Shown: piece after piece, positions 38,519-50,482 of the stretch
Position numbering within the stretch: the first letter of the stretch is position 1
How the letters are laid out: every line of letters begins with the position of its first letter
DNA from: Diplonema japonicum
Lineage: Eukaryota; Protista; Euglenozoa: Diplonemea
NCBI GenBank assembly: GCA_964019335.1
Contig: OZ025694.1
Span: forward strand, 62,001 to 126,000
DNA length: 64,000 bases
Reading direction: 5' to 3'
Program-made: the position numbers and the translations under genes
The notes under the pieces: generated by a model
What the model was told of the DNA's origin: nothing
Seen by the model: only the letters and a program-made list of their open reading frames with translations
Database searches by the model: none

Positions 38519-41008
38519 ATGAATAAAATGGCGAGCATCAAGGTGCTGAACATCTCGCTGGTGCTGCTGTGCATTGCGGTGACGGTGTTCATCTGCACGT
38601 ACCTTGCGATAAGCAGCAGCGACACGGCACTGAACGACACGAAGGACTCGAGGGACACCTTCGTGAACAACTCCTTCACAGTGGGCGAGGACAGTGTGAG
38701 GGAGAGGACGGAAGAGTATGTTGACCTGCTGCTGAACAGCACTGTTGACTACGTGTTGCAGTTCATGGAGCCACAGAGGCTGACAGGCTTGGGACTGGCA
38801 AGGGAGATCATGGCGAAGCCCTACGACGTGGTCAAGAACTTCTCGTGGCACAACCTGGCACGGTACTACTGGGCGTATAAGAATTTAATGAACAACGGAA
38901 ACACTGGAATGGGCCTGTTTCTCGCCAATGGTCTAACCATTTTTTACTACGAATCGTCCGACACCATTCAAAACGGCCCTGATGAGTTCCACCATGTCTT
39001 TCTAGAAATTAATTACGGAAGCGACCACCCGTGGGGGGGGGATGGCATGAATATTTTGGCATCGCCTGACCCCGAGACAGGTTTTCCCATGTTTTTGAAC
39101 GATCCAGCTACCGATGTGGACTGGGAAGATTACTGCGACGTAGTCACAGCCATCCACAAGCCTTGTAGCGCTACCTATGGCGAGGAGAAGGAATTCACAT
39201 ATCTTTTCTTTCTGGAATTTGCATATATTTCCCCTGCAAAGAAGGCCACGGTTACCCCCCCCCTCATCTTCGGTGACTACGTCACCGTCAGCACCTTTGC
39301 CCCCATCCACCACAATGGGGTCGTCACGGGCAATATCTTCTTGGGTGCTGACCTGCGTCACGTCAGTCGGATTCTATCGGACCTGAAGATAGGCGGCCCT
39401 GTCGCGGGCAGTCCCTCACGAGGCCGCATCTACATCACCGTAAGGAGCAGCTGGATGGGCCCCGACCCCGTTGGCAAGCTGGTTGCTGCATCTCACGGCA
39501 GTGTGACATATATGAGTCCAACTTATTGGGATCTCACACTGATACCCCCGACGAACAGTTCCGACCCAATCGTGCGAAACGTAGCCGGGGAAGTGAAGGC
39601 GAAGGAGATGGATCTGGAGACGAAGACGACGCTGGAGGTGCTGAACATCACGACGGAGCATGCACCGGAAGGGGAGGAGTTCTACTACAGGGTGGGGATC
39701 CTCAACAACGGGCACGGGATCGACTGGTACGTGCACGTCGTGATCGACAGGGCGTACATCTTGGGGGATATCGACAAGGAGGTTGCGGAGACACGCGTGG
39801 CGATCGATGATGCAGAGCGGAAGGTGGATAACAACCTGAAGAAGGCACGCACTGTGCTGTACGTGCTGGTGGTGGTGGTCGCTATGGTCCTTACCACGGC
39901 CTCTGTCGTGTTCGTGTTGAAGATCATCGAACCACTTCTGGTGCTGGAGAGGGAGATGGCACAGGTGGCTGTGATGAACCTGGAGGGGGTGGACAGGGGG
40001 AGGCCGTTGAGCGCACTCCGAGAGGTACAACTCATGCAGATGAGCTTCCTGAAGATGATCGACAACCTTGTGGAGTACAGGAACTACATGCCCGCCTCTG
40101 TGCTGCTCGATGACGATGACGATGATGATGAAGAGGAGAGCGTGACCACTGGTGCAAACACCGAGAAGCGCCATAGCATAGCAGGCAGTTCGCTGCGCAA
40201 CTCGGAGAAGATACAGCAGAAGCAGCAGGCACTCCACGAGACAGAGGCGAAGGCGAAGAAGGTGACTCTGCTGGCATGCAACATGCGGCGCTTCCTCGAC
40301 ATGGACTCTTGTCAGGCCACAAAGCTAGCAAGCTACCTATCAATGGCACTTGTGCACGTGAAGGTGACGAGAGGAACACCCGACAACTTCAGCGGGGACA
40401 GGCTGTACGCGTCGTGGAACAGTGTGCGGAATTGTGCCTCGCACAGGACGGCGGCGTACACCTGCTCCCGAGAGATCGTTAAGGGTGCTTCGCCCATGCA
40501 GGTCTCGATCGGGGTGGCGTCTGGGGAGGTGCAATGTGGGAACATGGGGTGCGAGGGGATGAAGAAGTTCACGTTTGTTGGTTCGCTGGCGTCGTGGGTG
40601 CACATCGTGGAGCGGGTGGCAAGGATGCAGAAAGCAGACATCGCAGTGGACAGCGTGGTCCACGAGGAGGTTCAGAACGCATCACACACGAGGCCCCTGC
40701 TGCACCTGTCCTTCCCGAAACACTCGAAGAATGTGCTTCTTGTGTATGAAGCATCTGGGGTGAGGGAGGTGAAGGAGGAGGAGTGGATGTACCAGTTGGC
40801 GGAAGCGGAGGCCAGCGACCTACATGCTCAGTACACAGAGAGCTACAAGCTCTTCATGGATCAGGATGTGGAAGGGGCGCTGAAGGCACTCGAAGGCTAC
40901 ACGGATACCTCACATGTGACGCGGAACTACATGGAGCAGCTGGAGAAGGCAGCACAGAACAAGGAATTCTGTCAGCCCTGGAGAACGCTGGATCTGTTGC
41001 TTGCTTGA
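38519..41008 (+). CDS. Two-TM receptor: Cache-like ectodomain, HAMP-like linker, degenerate class III nucleotide-cyclase domain
   Basis: N-terminal TM, a long extracellular region ending GIDWYVHVVI, second TM, IIEPLLVLEREMAQVA...EVQLMQMSF, then YMPASVL, FSGDRLYASWN, GNMG and EWMY. Confidence 0.8.
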   Translation: MNKMASIKVLNISLVLLCIAVTVFICTYLAISSSDTALNDTKDSRDTFVNNSFTVGEDSVRERTEEYVDLLLNSTVDYVLQFMEPQRLTGLGLAREIMAKPYDVVKNFSWHNLARYYWAYKNLMNNGNTGMGLFLANGLTIFYYESSDTIQNGPDEFHHVFLEINYGSDHPWGGDGMNILASPDPETGFPMFLNDPATDVDWEDYCDVVTAIHKPCSATYGEEKEFTYLFFLEFAYISPAKKATVTPPLIFGDYVTVSTFAPIHHNGVVTGNIFLGADLRHVSRILSDLKIGGPVAGSPSRGRIYITVRSSWMGPDPVGKLVAASHGSVTYMSPTYWDLTLIPPTNSSDPIVRNVAGEVKAKEMDLETKTTLEVLNITTEHAPEGEEFYYRVGILNNGHGIDWYVHVVIDRAYILGDIDKEVAETRVAIDDAERKVDNNLKKARTVLYVLVVVVAMVLTTASVVFVLKIIEPLLVLEREMAQVAVMNLEGVDRGRPLSALREVQLMQMSFLKMIDNLVEYRNYMPASVLLDDDDDDDEEESVTTGANTEKRHSIAGSSLRNSEKIQQKQQALHETEAKAKKVTLLACNMRRFLDMDSCQATKLASYLSMALVHVKVTRGTPDNFSGDRLYASWNSVRNCASHRTAAYTCSREIVKGASPMQVSIGVASGEVQCGNMGCEGMKKFTFVGSLASWVHIVERVARMQKADIAVDSVVHEEVQNASHTRPLLHLSFPKHSKNVLLVYEASGVREVKEEEWMYQLAEAEASDLHAQYTESYKLFMDQDVEGALKALEGYTDTSHVTRNYMEQLEKAAQNKEFCQPWRTLDLLLA

Positions 41009-41758
41009 AGACGACATCCTTCACTCGGGTTTACACTCAAGAAAGGACGTCCTTCCTTTTTATACATTTTGCTCGTGAGATTGTCTTTTACTTTGAGTGC
41101 TTATTCATTCATACTTATCACAAGGAAGTCCACAGGGTGTTTTCTTTCTTTGTTTTTGCAAGAACGAGTCTTTGATTTGTCTCAAAAGGGAACGTGTCAA
41201 AAAAAAAAAAAAAAACCGACTTTTCTTTTTATAAGGCGGGCCGTTGCTAACCACTTCGTTCCTATCATAGTGAATTTTATTTTCATTTTCTGGCCGGAAA
41301 AAAATACTCTCCAACCTGCCGGGACTCTAGTAGGAACCATTGAAGGGTGCCTCTCGCCTGATGAGGACAGCACCTGGAGGAGTCGTGAGATATGACCGAA
41401 ACTGAGAGCTACCTAGTACTGACCATACCCCCTTCCCTTTTTAGGGCATGCGGCTTTCAGATGCCTTTTGCCTGTCCGCTGATGACGTCGCTAGTCACTA
41501 TGTGCTTGTAATTCGCATCGGACTTCTTGTTCTTCTTGAAGCTGTAGCAGTAGAGGTTGCAGCATCTTTTTTGCCTATCGTCGCACTGCGTCCGCAACCA
41601 TCTTCTTTGCCTATTCCCTCGTGCAGGTATGGCACTCTTTTTCGCTCTTCGATACCTATCAGTAGTTAAATACAGATGTGGTAAAAAAAAAAAAAAAAAA
41701 AAAAACGAAAACCTGAAACAGGAAAACACAACATAAAAGGGAGGGGGGAAGAAAAAAA

Positions 41759-43183
41759 ATGTTGACGATGCTGGCAGCGAGCACCCTGGCGAGCATCATG
41801 CCAGGATTGATGCTTATGGGCTGCCCACTAGAATTCAACGCGAACTTGATTCCGGGCATGTGCGCGGCGCAATTTGGCGAGCCCTCCAGCTGGTTCTCTG
41901 CAGAGGCGTCCTGCAGGCAACGAGGGGCTCACCTGCTGAGAGTCGTTCGCGAGACACAGGTAACTAATGCAAACTTGGCAACAAAAACATGGGTGGGGCT
42001 GTCCGCTGTGTCTGGTGCATGGAAATGGTCAGACAACATGCCTGTTGACAGCATCGAGGACGAATGGATGCTTCCAGCACTTAAGAAGGACGCGCGCTGC
42101 GCATCCGTTCACACGCTGGACGGGAACAGCTTTTTAGAAAGTGTCACATGCCACACCAAACTGCCCTACATCTGTGCCATGGGCATGGAGGGATGTGTGT
42201 GGCAACGACGCGACCTGGCGTTTTATGGAGGTTTCCCCACAGGCGAGACACACATCCTCCCAACGAACGTCATGCTTAGCAACGGGAAAGAGATCGGGCT
42301 TGGAAAATGGATCACGCCGAACACCTTCTCCGTGGAGGACCTGTTCGGCACAGGCCGCTGCAACTACCTAGCTGTCTTCACCAAGGACAGCATCACAACG
42401 GGTTGCCAAAACGGCACAATGATTGGGGTTATTGCAGACCCGAAGAAAGCGATGTGGAGAACGCAGCCGGACTGCAACTCGCCGCCGAAGGAGGCATCTG
42501 ACTCGTTTACCCGCTTAGGGACACCAGAGCCGACGAAACCCTTTGTTGACGGACCGCCTCCACTGACACCCCCGCCTGGAAAGAAACCCGGTGTGGACAC
42601 CGACCCACAACCAGAGGAGAAGACAACGATCAAAGCTAAGGAGCAGGTACGAACGAGCAATGTACCTACATGGGTGTGGCCGGCGGCTTTGGTGACTGCA
42701 GTACTGGTGAGTGCGGTGGCAGCCATTGGAGCTGCGAACCGCCGTGGCCGTCGTAAGGGTTCAAACAACGGGTCCAGCAGTAGGTCAAGCGGGTCAACTG
42801 AAATGACAAAGATTGGCGAGCACGATGAAGACGAGGAAAACGGAACAAAACCCCTTGCGGCACCTGCATGCGTTCCTGAGCAGTTATGCGAGGCTTGTCA
42901 GAAGTTCTCCCAAACCCGTGCCAGGCAACGCCTCCTCAACGTGCACCGCAACCTTGCCGCGGAGCTCGCACTGCCGCTGGTCATACGCTCCATCACTTGC
43001 GTGCACCAGCCCAAGGAGCACGTCCACCTCTTCGAGGTTGAAAATGAATTCTCAAACCACACCCTCCAGTCCCTTTCCACCCTTTACTCCCGCACAAAGC
43101 CCCGTCCCAGAGCCACCAGGATCCATATCGAACCGAAAGCAACGGTGATGGAAACCACCTTTGAAGGAGAAGGGTACATGTAA
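41759..43183 (+). CDS. C-type lectin domain type I membrane protein
   Basis: Hydrophobic N-terminus. CTLD pattern SW..AEASC...GAHL...WVGL....WKWSD...C.....C...LPYIC. Pro-rich stalk, then TM WVWPAALVTAVLVSAVAAIGAA followed by RRGRRK. Confidence 0.8.
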   Translation: MLTMLAASTLASIMPGLMLMGCPLEFNANLIPGMCAAQFGEPSSWFSAEASCRQRGAHLLRVVRETQVTNANLATKTWVGLSAVSGAWKWSDNMPVDSIEDEWMLPALKKDARCASVHTLDGNSFLESVTCHTKLPYICAMGMEGCVWQRRDLAFYGGFPTGETHILPTNVMLSNGKEIGLGKWITPNTFSVEDLFGTGRCNYLAVFTKDSITTGCQNGTMIGVIADPKKAMWRTQPDCNSPPKEASDSFTRLGTPEPTKPFVDGPPPLTPPPGKKPGVDTDPQPEEKTTIKAKEQVRTSNVPTWVWPAALVTAVLVSAVAAIGAANRRGRRKGSNNGSSSRSSGSTEMTKIGEHDEDEENGTKPLAAPACVPEQLCEACQKFSQTRARQRLLNVHRNLAAELALPLVIRSITCVHQPKEHVHLFEVENEFSNHTLQSLSTLYSRTKPRPRATRIHIEPKATVMETTFEGEGYM

Positions 43184-43519
43184 AATAGATAGGTTTGAAT
43201 TATGATGGCGAATAGGTCCGGGGGAGGCACATGGATGTCGCATTAAGATGACCGGCGTGTTTAAAAAAAAAGGGGGTGGGGGGGGGGTGATACGCATTGA
43301 GGAGGTTTGAAGAGGGGAAGGGGGGAGAGTCGTTAGAAAAGAAAAAAAAAGAACCGTGATGGAAAAAAAAAAAGAAGCCAACAATTAAGAGAAAGCTTTT
43401 GTTTTTCCCTCTCTTCCCCCCCCCCCCCCCCCCTCCTTCTATCCATTTACAAAAGCGAGGGTGCTGGTATGGTGAAACAGCATATATATGCCCCTTTCCC
43501 CCTCCTCTTCCCTTTTACA

Positions 43520-43841
43520 ACCGCATTTTAAAATCGAGGTAACCACTACCCGTGTATATTGAAAACTTAATACGGAATGGGGAAAAAAAAAGAAAAAGAA
43601 AAAATGTTTGAAACTATTTTTTTTTCTCTAGAAAGCCGGAATCGTTGTTTATGTGATATTATGCGGGTTTGTCTTTCACAAATTTAGTAAAAAAAAAAAA
43701 AAAGGAAAAAAAAAAAAAAAATCAGGAACTCTTATTGTGTCGAAAAAAAGAAAAAGAAAAAGAAAAAAAAAAACTCATGATTATTAATGTGCATTGTCGA
43801 TAAGGGGCCTTGAGCCTTGATATATGATTTAAAATACGGTA
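43520..43841. mobile_element. Degenerate pogo-like MITE
   Basis: Imperfect TIR ACCGCATTTTAAAATC / GATTTAAAATACGGTA. Confidence 0.35.
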
Positions 43842-44135
43842 TTTTGTGTTTTTCCCTCCCCCCCCCCTTCCTTTAAATCGGAGAGAGGTGTAAGCAATAT
43901 GGCCGAAAAGGTAGCCTTGCTACTTTTTATTAGTGGATTGGGATTTTATTGAAAGAGAGAACACATCTCTTACCTAGCCCTCTTTTTTTTTTTTTCTTTT
44001 TAAACAAAAGAATTGGGTGGCAATGGGCTGGGGGGGGGGGGGGGGGGGGGGCATTAGTTTTTCGTCGTCTGTTTTCATTTTCTCCATCTTTTTTCCCCTT
44101 ATTTAATGTCAATGGAGAAAGGAAGAAAGAAAACG

Positions 44136-44170
<35 letters not shown>

Positions 44171-44230
44171 AGGGAGAGAGCTTCAAAGGAATAAGGGGAG
44201 GAGAGAACAGCAGTAGTTTCTTTTTTTTTT

Positions 44231-44657
44231 CAGTGTCGACGGTGGAGCTGGCACTGGATTTCGAGAACGTGACCGGGAAGACCCTTGGAGGGAAGCTGGG
44301 GGATCTCGCAGAAGTACAGCAGAAAGCGAGGAGATTGCATGGACTGATGAAGAAGATCTGAGGGTACTGAAGAAGGTGAAAGGAAGGAGGGCCTTCCCAG
44401 CTGAGCCGAGCACAAGGGTGCACACACTACGATCCATCGGGAGGAACAGGAGGGCGATATTTGCATCACCGAAGACCAAGCATGACCTAGAGGCGTTGAA
44501 AGGACAATGGGCAAGAGAACGAAGAGAAAGAGCGGCCAGGCTGGGGAGAAGGCCGGCAAGACCACCAAAGGGGGAGAAACCGCTGCTGAAAGGGGATAGG
44601 TGCAGGTAGAGGATGAGAACAAGGGGCGTCTCACAAAGACTTCCTTTAACTCATATA
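44231..44657 (+). mobile_element. Non-LTR retrotransposon 3' fragment with tail B
   Basis: VSTVELALDFENVTG...RAFPAEPSTRVHTLRSIG (frameshifted). Ends TTCCTTTAACTCATATATT followed by a T tract. Confidence 0.75.
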
Positions 44658-44670
44658 TTTTTTTTTTTTT

Positions 44671-44905
44671 GCGGGTGGCGACAGCTGACAAGAAGGCGGT
44701 GAGGATCAAGCGGAGGGGAAAAGGAGGCGCGCTTTTCCGGAGCAGCCATGCAAGAAGGTGAGATCACTACGATCCATTGGCCGCGACCACGTCGTTGGCT
44801 TTGATAGGAGGGCAAGATTTCCGGAAAGAAGGGATTGGAAGATATAAGCGTCACCGCGGCGGGGCCGTTGCTAACTACTTCGTTTCCTATCATAGTAGTG
44901 AAATA
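44671..44905 (+). mobile_element. Non-LTR retrotransposon 3' fragment with tail D
   Basis: RRAFPEQPCKKVRSLRSIGRDHVVGFDRRARF is homologous to RPFPADEQKRVKSLIAIGGKTAMGFARRPIF of the 6487 ORF. Ends GGGCCGTTGCTAACTACTTCG... Confidence 0.7.
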
Positions 44906-45271
44906 TCCTTTTTTTGTTTTTGTTTTTAAGGGGGAACATAGTGGCACGTGCAAACAATGGGCCAGCTCCTCCTCTATAGTTGAACATAAATTTAAAAAAA
45001 AAAAAAAAAGAAAAAAAAATAGGAAAGAAGAAAACAATATTGGGGCGGGGGTAGGGGGGGTCACATGGGGGTGGTAAAGTGGGTTTTTTCAAATTCGGAA
45101 ATGCAGTACACTGGAGCCGCTTAAACCATGTAAAATGCCCCTTTCTCGACCAAAAAATCGATTTCCGCCCGGTACTTTTTACTTTTGGGCACCTACAAGG
45201 CATTATTTTTCAGGCGTCCTGCCACATACCGCAGGTACCCTTAAATGTCTCTTTTTTTATTTTGCATTTTT

Positions 45272-45554
45272 AAAACTGGTGACCACAGTTTGGTACCTGG
45301 CCTGTTGTCTCCCCTGTAGTTTCTGAGTTTTCTGAAAATTTTAGAAGTTGACCATGGTTTGTTCCACCCTTTGAACGCGGCTCTTTAGGACGCCGCTACC
45401 GTTTGAACGGCAGAGTACTGTCTTACATTGTCCGATTGTGAACTCTTCTGTGTTTTGCGCGGCATTTCTGATGAATATCGGTCATTTTCCCGAGGTTAGG
45501 ATGGTAAGTTTGTTTTTGCAAATATTTCAGGTACCAAACCGTGGTCACTGTTTT
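45272..45554. mobile_element. TIR MITE
   Basis: ~27-bp imperfect TIR AAAACTGGTGACCACAGTTTGGTACCTG / CAGGTACCAAACCGTGGTCACTGTTTT. Confidence 0.55.
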
Positions 45555-46253
45555 CAAAAATACAGATAAAGCATTAACAAGTGCTCAGAAATGCTCTAAT
45601 CCGGCGAATTTTGATTTTTTGGTTAATTTGGAGGGTATTGGGCGGTCTTTTTTACCTGCACGATTCTCGTGCATTCTCGCACGATTCTCGCACATGCTAG
45701 TGTGCACTTCAGGTGTGCTTGTGTCAAAAATAACCCACCCTCGACCTTCATACTCCTCCCGAACAAACGCGATCAGTGCGTTCACGTCCGCCCCCGTGTG
45801 ATTCACCCTCCTTGATGTCCAGGTGGAGGAGGAGGGGCTCCTCTGAGTATCCGACCAGCCCAGAAATGTTTGGCACTGGTGGCGTCTGTGCTTAACGGCA
45901 ACAGGTCTTTTCGATGCTTAGCTTCACTCCTTGTCTCCTTCTCGAATCCGGGCCCCTTTGCCAGCAGCGTGTCTGGTGTCGGTATCTTCATGCGCGAGCT
46001 CCACCAATGGGATGCTGAAGGCGTTTTTGCTGCTTGGTGGTTGGTGGTGCCTGCGACCAAACACAACATCGCCCACCCGTCTATGAACCCCTGCCCCACC
46101 ACGGGGCAAAACACTGCCTGTTGAGGTCCTTCGAAGATTTTGACACTCAGGCACCTGGCTTTCCCTGTTGAAGTTTCAGCCAAAAAAGATTCTCGCATCA
46201 TTCTCGCATGCGAGAATGTGCGAGAATTTGGTGCGAGTCGTCACCACTATGCC

Positions 46254-46425
46254 TAGGGCTATGCTGGCATGGAAACGCGTTTCCATGCATTTTTTGAAAA
46301 AAAGGGAAACGGAAACGGATACGGAAACGGATACGCTTCCTTATGTTGCCATAAGAATTTTGAAAAGTATGGAAACGGAAAAGGGAACGGAAACGGTTTC
46401 CACGTTTCCTGCCAGCATAGCCCTG
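46254..46425. mobile_element. hAT-like MITE (second copy 51280-51444)
   Basis: TIR TAGGGCTATGCTGGCA / TGCCAGCATAGCCCTG with internal GGAAAC(G) repeats. Confidence 0.7.
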
Positions 46426-46835
46426 GGGGGGGGGGGGGGGGTAATATTTGGAACGAAAATTGTTTTTTCCGGAAAAACAGGGGCTTTTTTTTCTCCCCTT
46501 TATTTTTTTCAGATCGGGGGGGGGGGGGGGGGACAACGTTTTTCTGTGTATGGTGATGTGGCACTTAAAATGCCTTTGCATAAAATTAAATTTTTTTTGA
46601 ATCGCTAGATATCTAGCACCTTCACCCTTTAATGATTTAAAAAAAAGAGTAGGGTGCTTGTTTGTGCACAGCCGGGGTTAAACCTGTAGAAGGATAAGCC
46701 CAACAATGCTACCACTACTCTTTTTTAAAGCAAATAACAATTCATTACAATATATATTGTTTTTCTCATAGTCTTGTTCAAGCACAAGAAGAAGAAAAAA
46801 AAAAAAAAAAGAAGAAAAAAAATTCCCTGATATAT

Positions 46836-47322
46836 GAGCTCATTCGGATAAAAATGTCTACACTTTTTTTTTTAACAGTTCGAAAAACTTTTTGTTTGAT
46901 TATTTGAGCAAAAAAAAAGGGGGGGGGGGGGGGGGGGTAGCATGCAACCATAGGAAGATGACACCTGCCCCCGAAAATCCTAATGGAAAAGCCAATTCTT
47001 AACACTCGACATTGGTATCTTTGGAGCCAAACTTGCAGTCTCCACAGGCCGCCCAAAATGACCCCAGAGGTGTCGCAGATTTTCAATCTGCGTCCGTTCT
47101 TCCTGTCGCGCTTCACGGGAAAATTAAAATAAAAAAAAAAAAAAAATGGGGCCTGGGGTTATTTGTAAATTTCCAAAAAAACCAAAAAGAAAAAACCATG
47201 TTTTTTGCACACACGCGTTTTAGAAATAAAACAAAACGGTGAACATTGTGACCAATATGGTGATCAAGCCCAAACTGCAATTCTGCACAAAGTGGTGGAG
47301 GATCATTTTCCCGGACGAGCTC
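46836..47322. mobile_element. MITE with GAG termini and ATAT flanks (Sola-like; second copy 61639-61954)
   Basis: ATAT|GAGCTC...GAGCTC|ATAT. Both copies share the internal AGCATGCAACCATAGGAAGAT. Confidence 0.6.
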
Positions 47323-48020
47323 ATATATGCTTATTCAACAGTGTGCACTCTTCCTGCACACTGAAAACTATAAATAATTTTTTCTTCTTTTTTTCGCTCC
47401 TAGCGATTTCCATTTGTTTTCTATGGTGTAGTTGTAAGCATGGTGGCAGGAGGGGTTACAAAAAAAAAAGGCTTTATATTTCTTGGGGGGGGGGGTACTT
47501 TCCTTAATCCATTTCCCCCCCCCCCTTTTTCTTTCTAAAAAGACTTGGGAGGTGTTCTAGTTTTTTCTTCCCCTATAACAACCACGTGTGAGATGCTCCC
47601 CACATGTAAAAACTCTCTTTTTTTTTTTTAATTTTTTACTTCCCTGTTATTTCGCATTTACCGATATGTGGCATGCACTAGGCGAAAGTACTGGGAAAAT
47701 GGAGGCACAGTGCAAGAAAAAAAAAAAAAAAAAAAGGTCATTTAACGAAACAGATTCTCTCTTTCTTTCTTTCTACCCCCCCCCCCCCCCCACCCCCCTC
47801 TCCCCTTCAGTTTAGTTGCTTTATACAGGTGAGTTCTCTATTTTTTTCTTTTCTTCTTCTTTTTCTCTTATCCATTTTCTTCTTTCGCTTCACACTCAAA
47901 TCTTTTATTTTTTCTTTTTTTTTTTTTTAGCGGGTAAGAACTTAGTCAATTACACACAACCCCTCAAATAGGTGTAGTCAAATAATCTTTTTCCCCATTT
48001 CCAAAATTCTTAAAAGTAAA

Positions 48021-48644
48021 ATGAGCAACATACCAAAATGGCTGGTTGGCGCATGGGAGAGAAAGTACATCCAACGAGGTGACCACGAGAAGTCGGAGCA
48101 AAACGTAGTAGTTAGGTATTTGCAGTGTCCCGAGCTGTTCGCCGATGTACGAGTCGAAGAAGGTGAGAGGGTTGGTGGTAGAGACATGGCATTCGCTGGA
48201 GCTGCAAAATGGGCTGATGGCGATGTACTAGAGTGGCACGCGGTTTTCGAAGATGGCGAAAAAATCGACGAAAAACAGAAGTGGGAAGCCATCCGCAACG
48301 GTACCTCTACAACCAACGACAAAGGAAGGATTGAAAAGATTAATGACGACGCCTGGATGGAGTTTGGAGCAGGTTACACAGAAGAATGGCACAGGCTCAG
48401 CACCACAGGCGGCCATTTCGCAGCTGTCGGTCCCCACACTCTCTTTGTGAGTACTCCGCCGTTTTTCTCTTATGTAGATTCCGCCACCACCCCCGCGACT
48501 TACGTTACAGGTAAGGATGGGCATATAACACGCGCTCTGCACCCTGTCCCCGGGATGGAACCAGGGGCAAAATTCACCCTCCCTGAGGAACAGAAATCTG
48601 ATATGGTCCCCTGTGGCACATCTACCACTGGCTGGCCTTTTTAA
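48021..48644 (+). CDS. Conserved hypothetical protein (HRI1-like / bacterial-type)
   Basis: Clean 207-aa ORF after a pyrimidine tract and AG. Pattern P.WL.GAW.R..I, V.YLQ...FADVR, AFAG, W.H and Y.EEW.RL. Confidence 0.65.
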   Translation: MSNIPKWLVGAWERKYIQRGDHEKSEQNVVVRYLQCPELFADVRVEEGERVGGRDMAFAGAAKWADGDVLEWHAVFEDGEKIDEKQKWEAIRNGTSTTNDKGRIEKINDDAWMEFGAGYTEEWHRLSTTGGHFAAVGPHTLFVSTPPFFSYVDSATTPATYVTGKDGHITRALHPVPGMEPGAKFTLPEEQKSDMVPCGTSTTGWPF

Positions 48645-49105
48645 AAAAGTTGAAACGTTGAGGGGGAAAAAAAAAAAAAAAAAAACCCAATTATCATTAC
48701 TGGACAAAAGAAAAAAAAAAAAAAAAGATTTGTCCGGTCATATGTAGAGGGTTTCCCCCCCCTCCCGAGGAACGAAAAAAAAAAAAAAAAGAAATGCCTC
48801 CAGCCGGTTTCCAACCCCAAAAATAAAGGAGCCGCGCAATATCTCTCCCCCTTTTTTTTTGTAGTGTCGTTAGCATGTGGTTTCACCAGGTCTGGCAAGT
48901 AGCCTCTTTCTGCGGCCTTGCGCCAGTGAAGCATGTCTTCCACAATAACGTCTCTTGGTTTGGTGTTTAATTAGCTTTCCGTGGCCTCCTCTCCTTAATT
49001 CAAAGCCAAGCTTTCCTTAGCTTTTTTTTTTTCTTTCCTTTTCCTCTCTCTCTCCCCCGACAGTCTGTAGAAAAAAGTGGGATAAAAAAAAAAAAAAAAA
49101 AAAAG

Positions 49106-50431
49106 ATGGCTCAACCAGGTACGCCAGGGAACGGGATGCCGATGACCTTCTGGGGCGAGATGCGGTGCCACATCAGATTTCTGAACTGGGTGTTCGGCGG
49201 GGAGTCGAGAAGGAAAGTTGATTTCACGAAGGCCCGCAAGGTCCTGGACGACACTTATGGCGGTCTGGACAGCAACGAAAAAGTGTTAAACGAATTCCCG
49301 AAGAAAGAGAGGCTCGCAGAGTTCCTGGGCAACTTTGAAACTGCGATGAACAAGTTCATGTACCAGTCCTTCGTAGGCGCCAGGGGTGCAGAAGTGTTCA
49401 CTGTAAGAAACCTGTCAAGGCTGAAGTTCGCGGTCGACTTCTTCAAGAAACACCCCGAAACACTGGAAAAGAAGATCGAGAAGCCAATCATCATCATTGG
49501 CCTTCACCGCACCGGGTCCTCCATGGTGCAGAGACTTCTCTCTCTCGACCCTAAAGCAAACGAATCAACTCTTTGGAAGCTCACCGCCGACCCCCTTAAC
49601 GACACTTACAAGTCAGCATGCGCATCAGCCCAAAAAGACTACACCTTTGATGCCATAAGCCCTTCATTCCAGAAAGCTCTTGTGGAATATCACCCAATGC
49701 AGCCAGACCTTCCTGATGAAGATGTCATGTTGCTTTTCCCATTCTACCAGTACCCAGAGGATCATGTTATGAACTTTCCGCCGAAATGTCAGGAGATCGA
49801 TATGTACATGAAGGAGTCAAGGGTGGAGTCGTTTCAATTTCTCAAAAGATGGCTGCAGATGTGGAGCGTGAAGGAGAATAAGCTCGTGAGACAGGGTGAG
49901 GCAGACCCTGACAGGCATTGGGTCTTGAAGAACCCCTCTCATGGGTATGGCTTGGAAGATTTGATCAAGGAGTTCCCAGATGCCAGGCTTGTCTTCACGC
50001 ACAGAGTTTTTGCGGAGTGTGCTAAATCTCTTGCTGGGTTGAAGGTAGTCATCGCGGCCCCTCTTGCGGAGAAGGCCAATTTCGACTCCCATAAAGTCGG
50101 CCAGAACGCGGTCGACTTTGAAGAAATCCTCGCGAAAAAAACAATGGACTTCCACAAGGCACACCCAGAGAGGAACGACTTCCACATCACGCATGGCGAG
50201 GTGATGAACGACCCCATAGGGACGGTTCGTGCCATTTATGAATCGTTTTCAATCCCCTTCACCGAGGAGTACCACGAGCTGCTGAAGAAATTCGTGGAGG
50301 AAACACCCCCGGTCCCTTCAAAGGTGAAGAAATGCCTTTCGCACTTCGGCCTCACCGAAGAGATGATCAGCACAGACACCACAAGGGAATATGATGAGCA
50401 CTTTGTGAATGGAAAAGGCAAGAAGCAGTAG
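49106..50431 (+). CDS. Sulfotransferase (Sulfotransfer_3-like), paralog 1
   Basis: PAPS-binding loop PIIIIGLHRTGSS, plus WVLKNPSH, FPDARLVFTHR and DPIGTVRAIY. Confidence 0.88.
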   Translation: MAQPGTPGNGMPMTFWGEMRCHIRFLNWVFGGESRRKVDFTKARKVLDDTYGGLDSNEKVLNEFPKKERLAEFLGNFETAMNKFMYQSFVGARGAEVFTVRNLSRLKFAVDFFKKHPETLEKKIEKPIIIIGLHRTGSSMVQRLLSLDPKANESTLWKLTADPLNDTYKSACASAQKDYTFDAISPSFQKALVEYHPMQPDLPDEDVMLLFPFYQYPEDHVMNFPPKCQEIDMYMKESRVESFQFLKRWLQMWSVKENKLVRQGEADPDRHWVLKNPSHGYGLEDLIKEFPDARLVFTHRVFAECAKSLAGLKVVIAAPLAEKANFDSHKVGQNAVDFEEILAKKTMDFHKAHPERNDFHITHGEVMNDPIGTVRAIYESFSIPFTEEYHELLKKFVEETPPVPSKVKKCLSHFGLTEEMISTDTTREYDEHFVNGKGKKQ

Positions 50432-50482
50432 AAGGAAAAACTTTAAAAAAAAAAAAAACTAAACCCAAACTCAAAAGCTTAA

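Noticed and set aside
41325-41415. Hammerhead-like CTGATGA...GAAAC (weaker similar segment at 24945-24984)
   Set aside because: Stem III can be drawn (CTCTAGTA / ACTGAGAG), but stems I and II do not close properly on the core, and the second site lacks the stem II closing pair. At most a decayed remnant.
45655-46250. Region with TTCTCGCA repeats and coding-like interior
   Set aside because: Probably a decayed DNA transposon, but no termini or protein motif could be supported.
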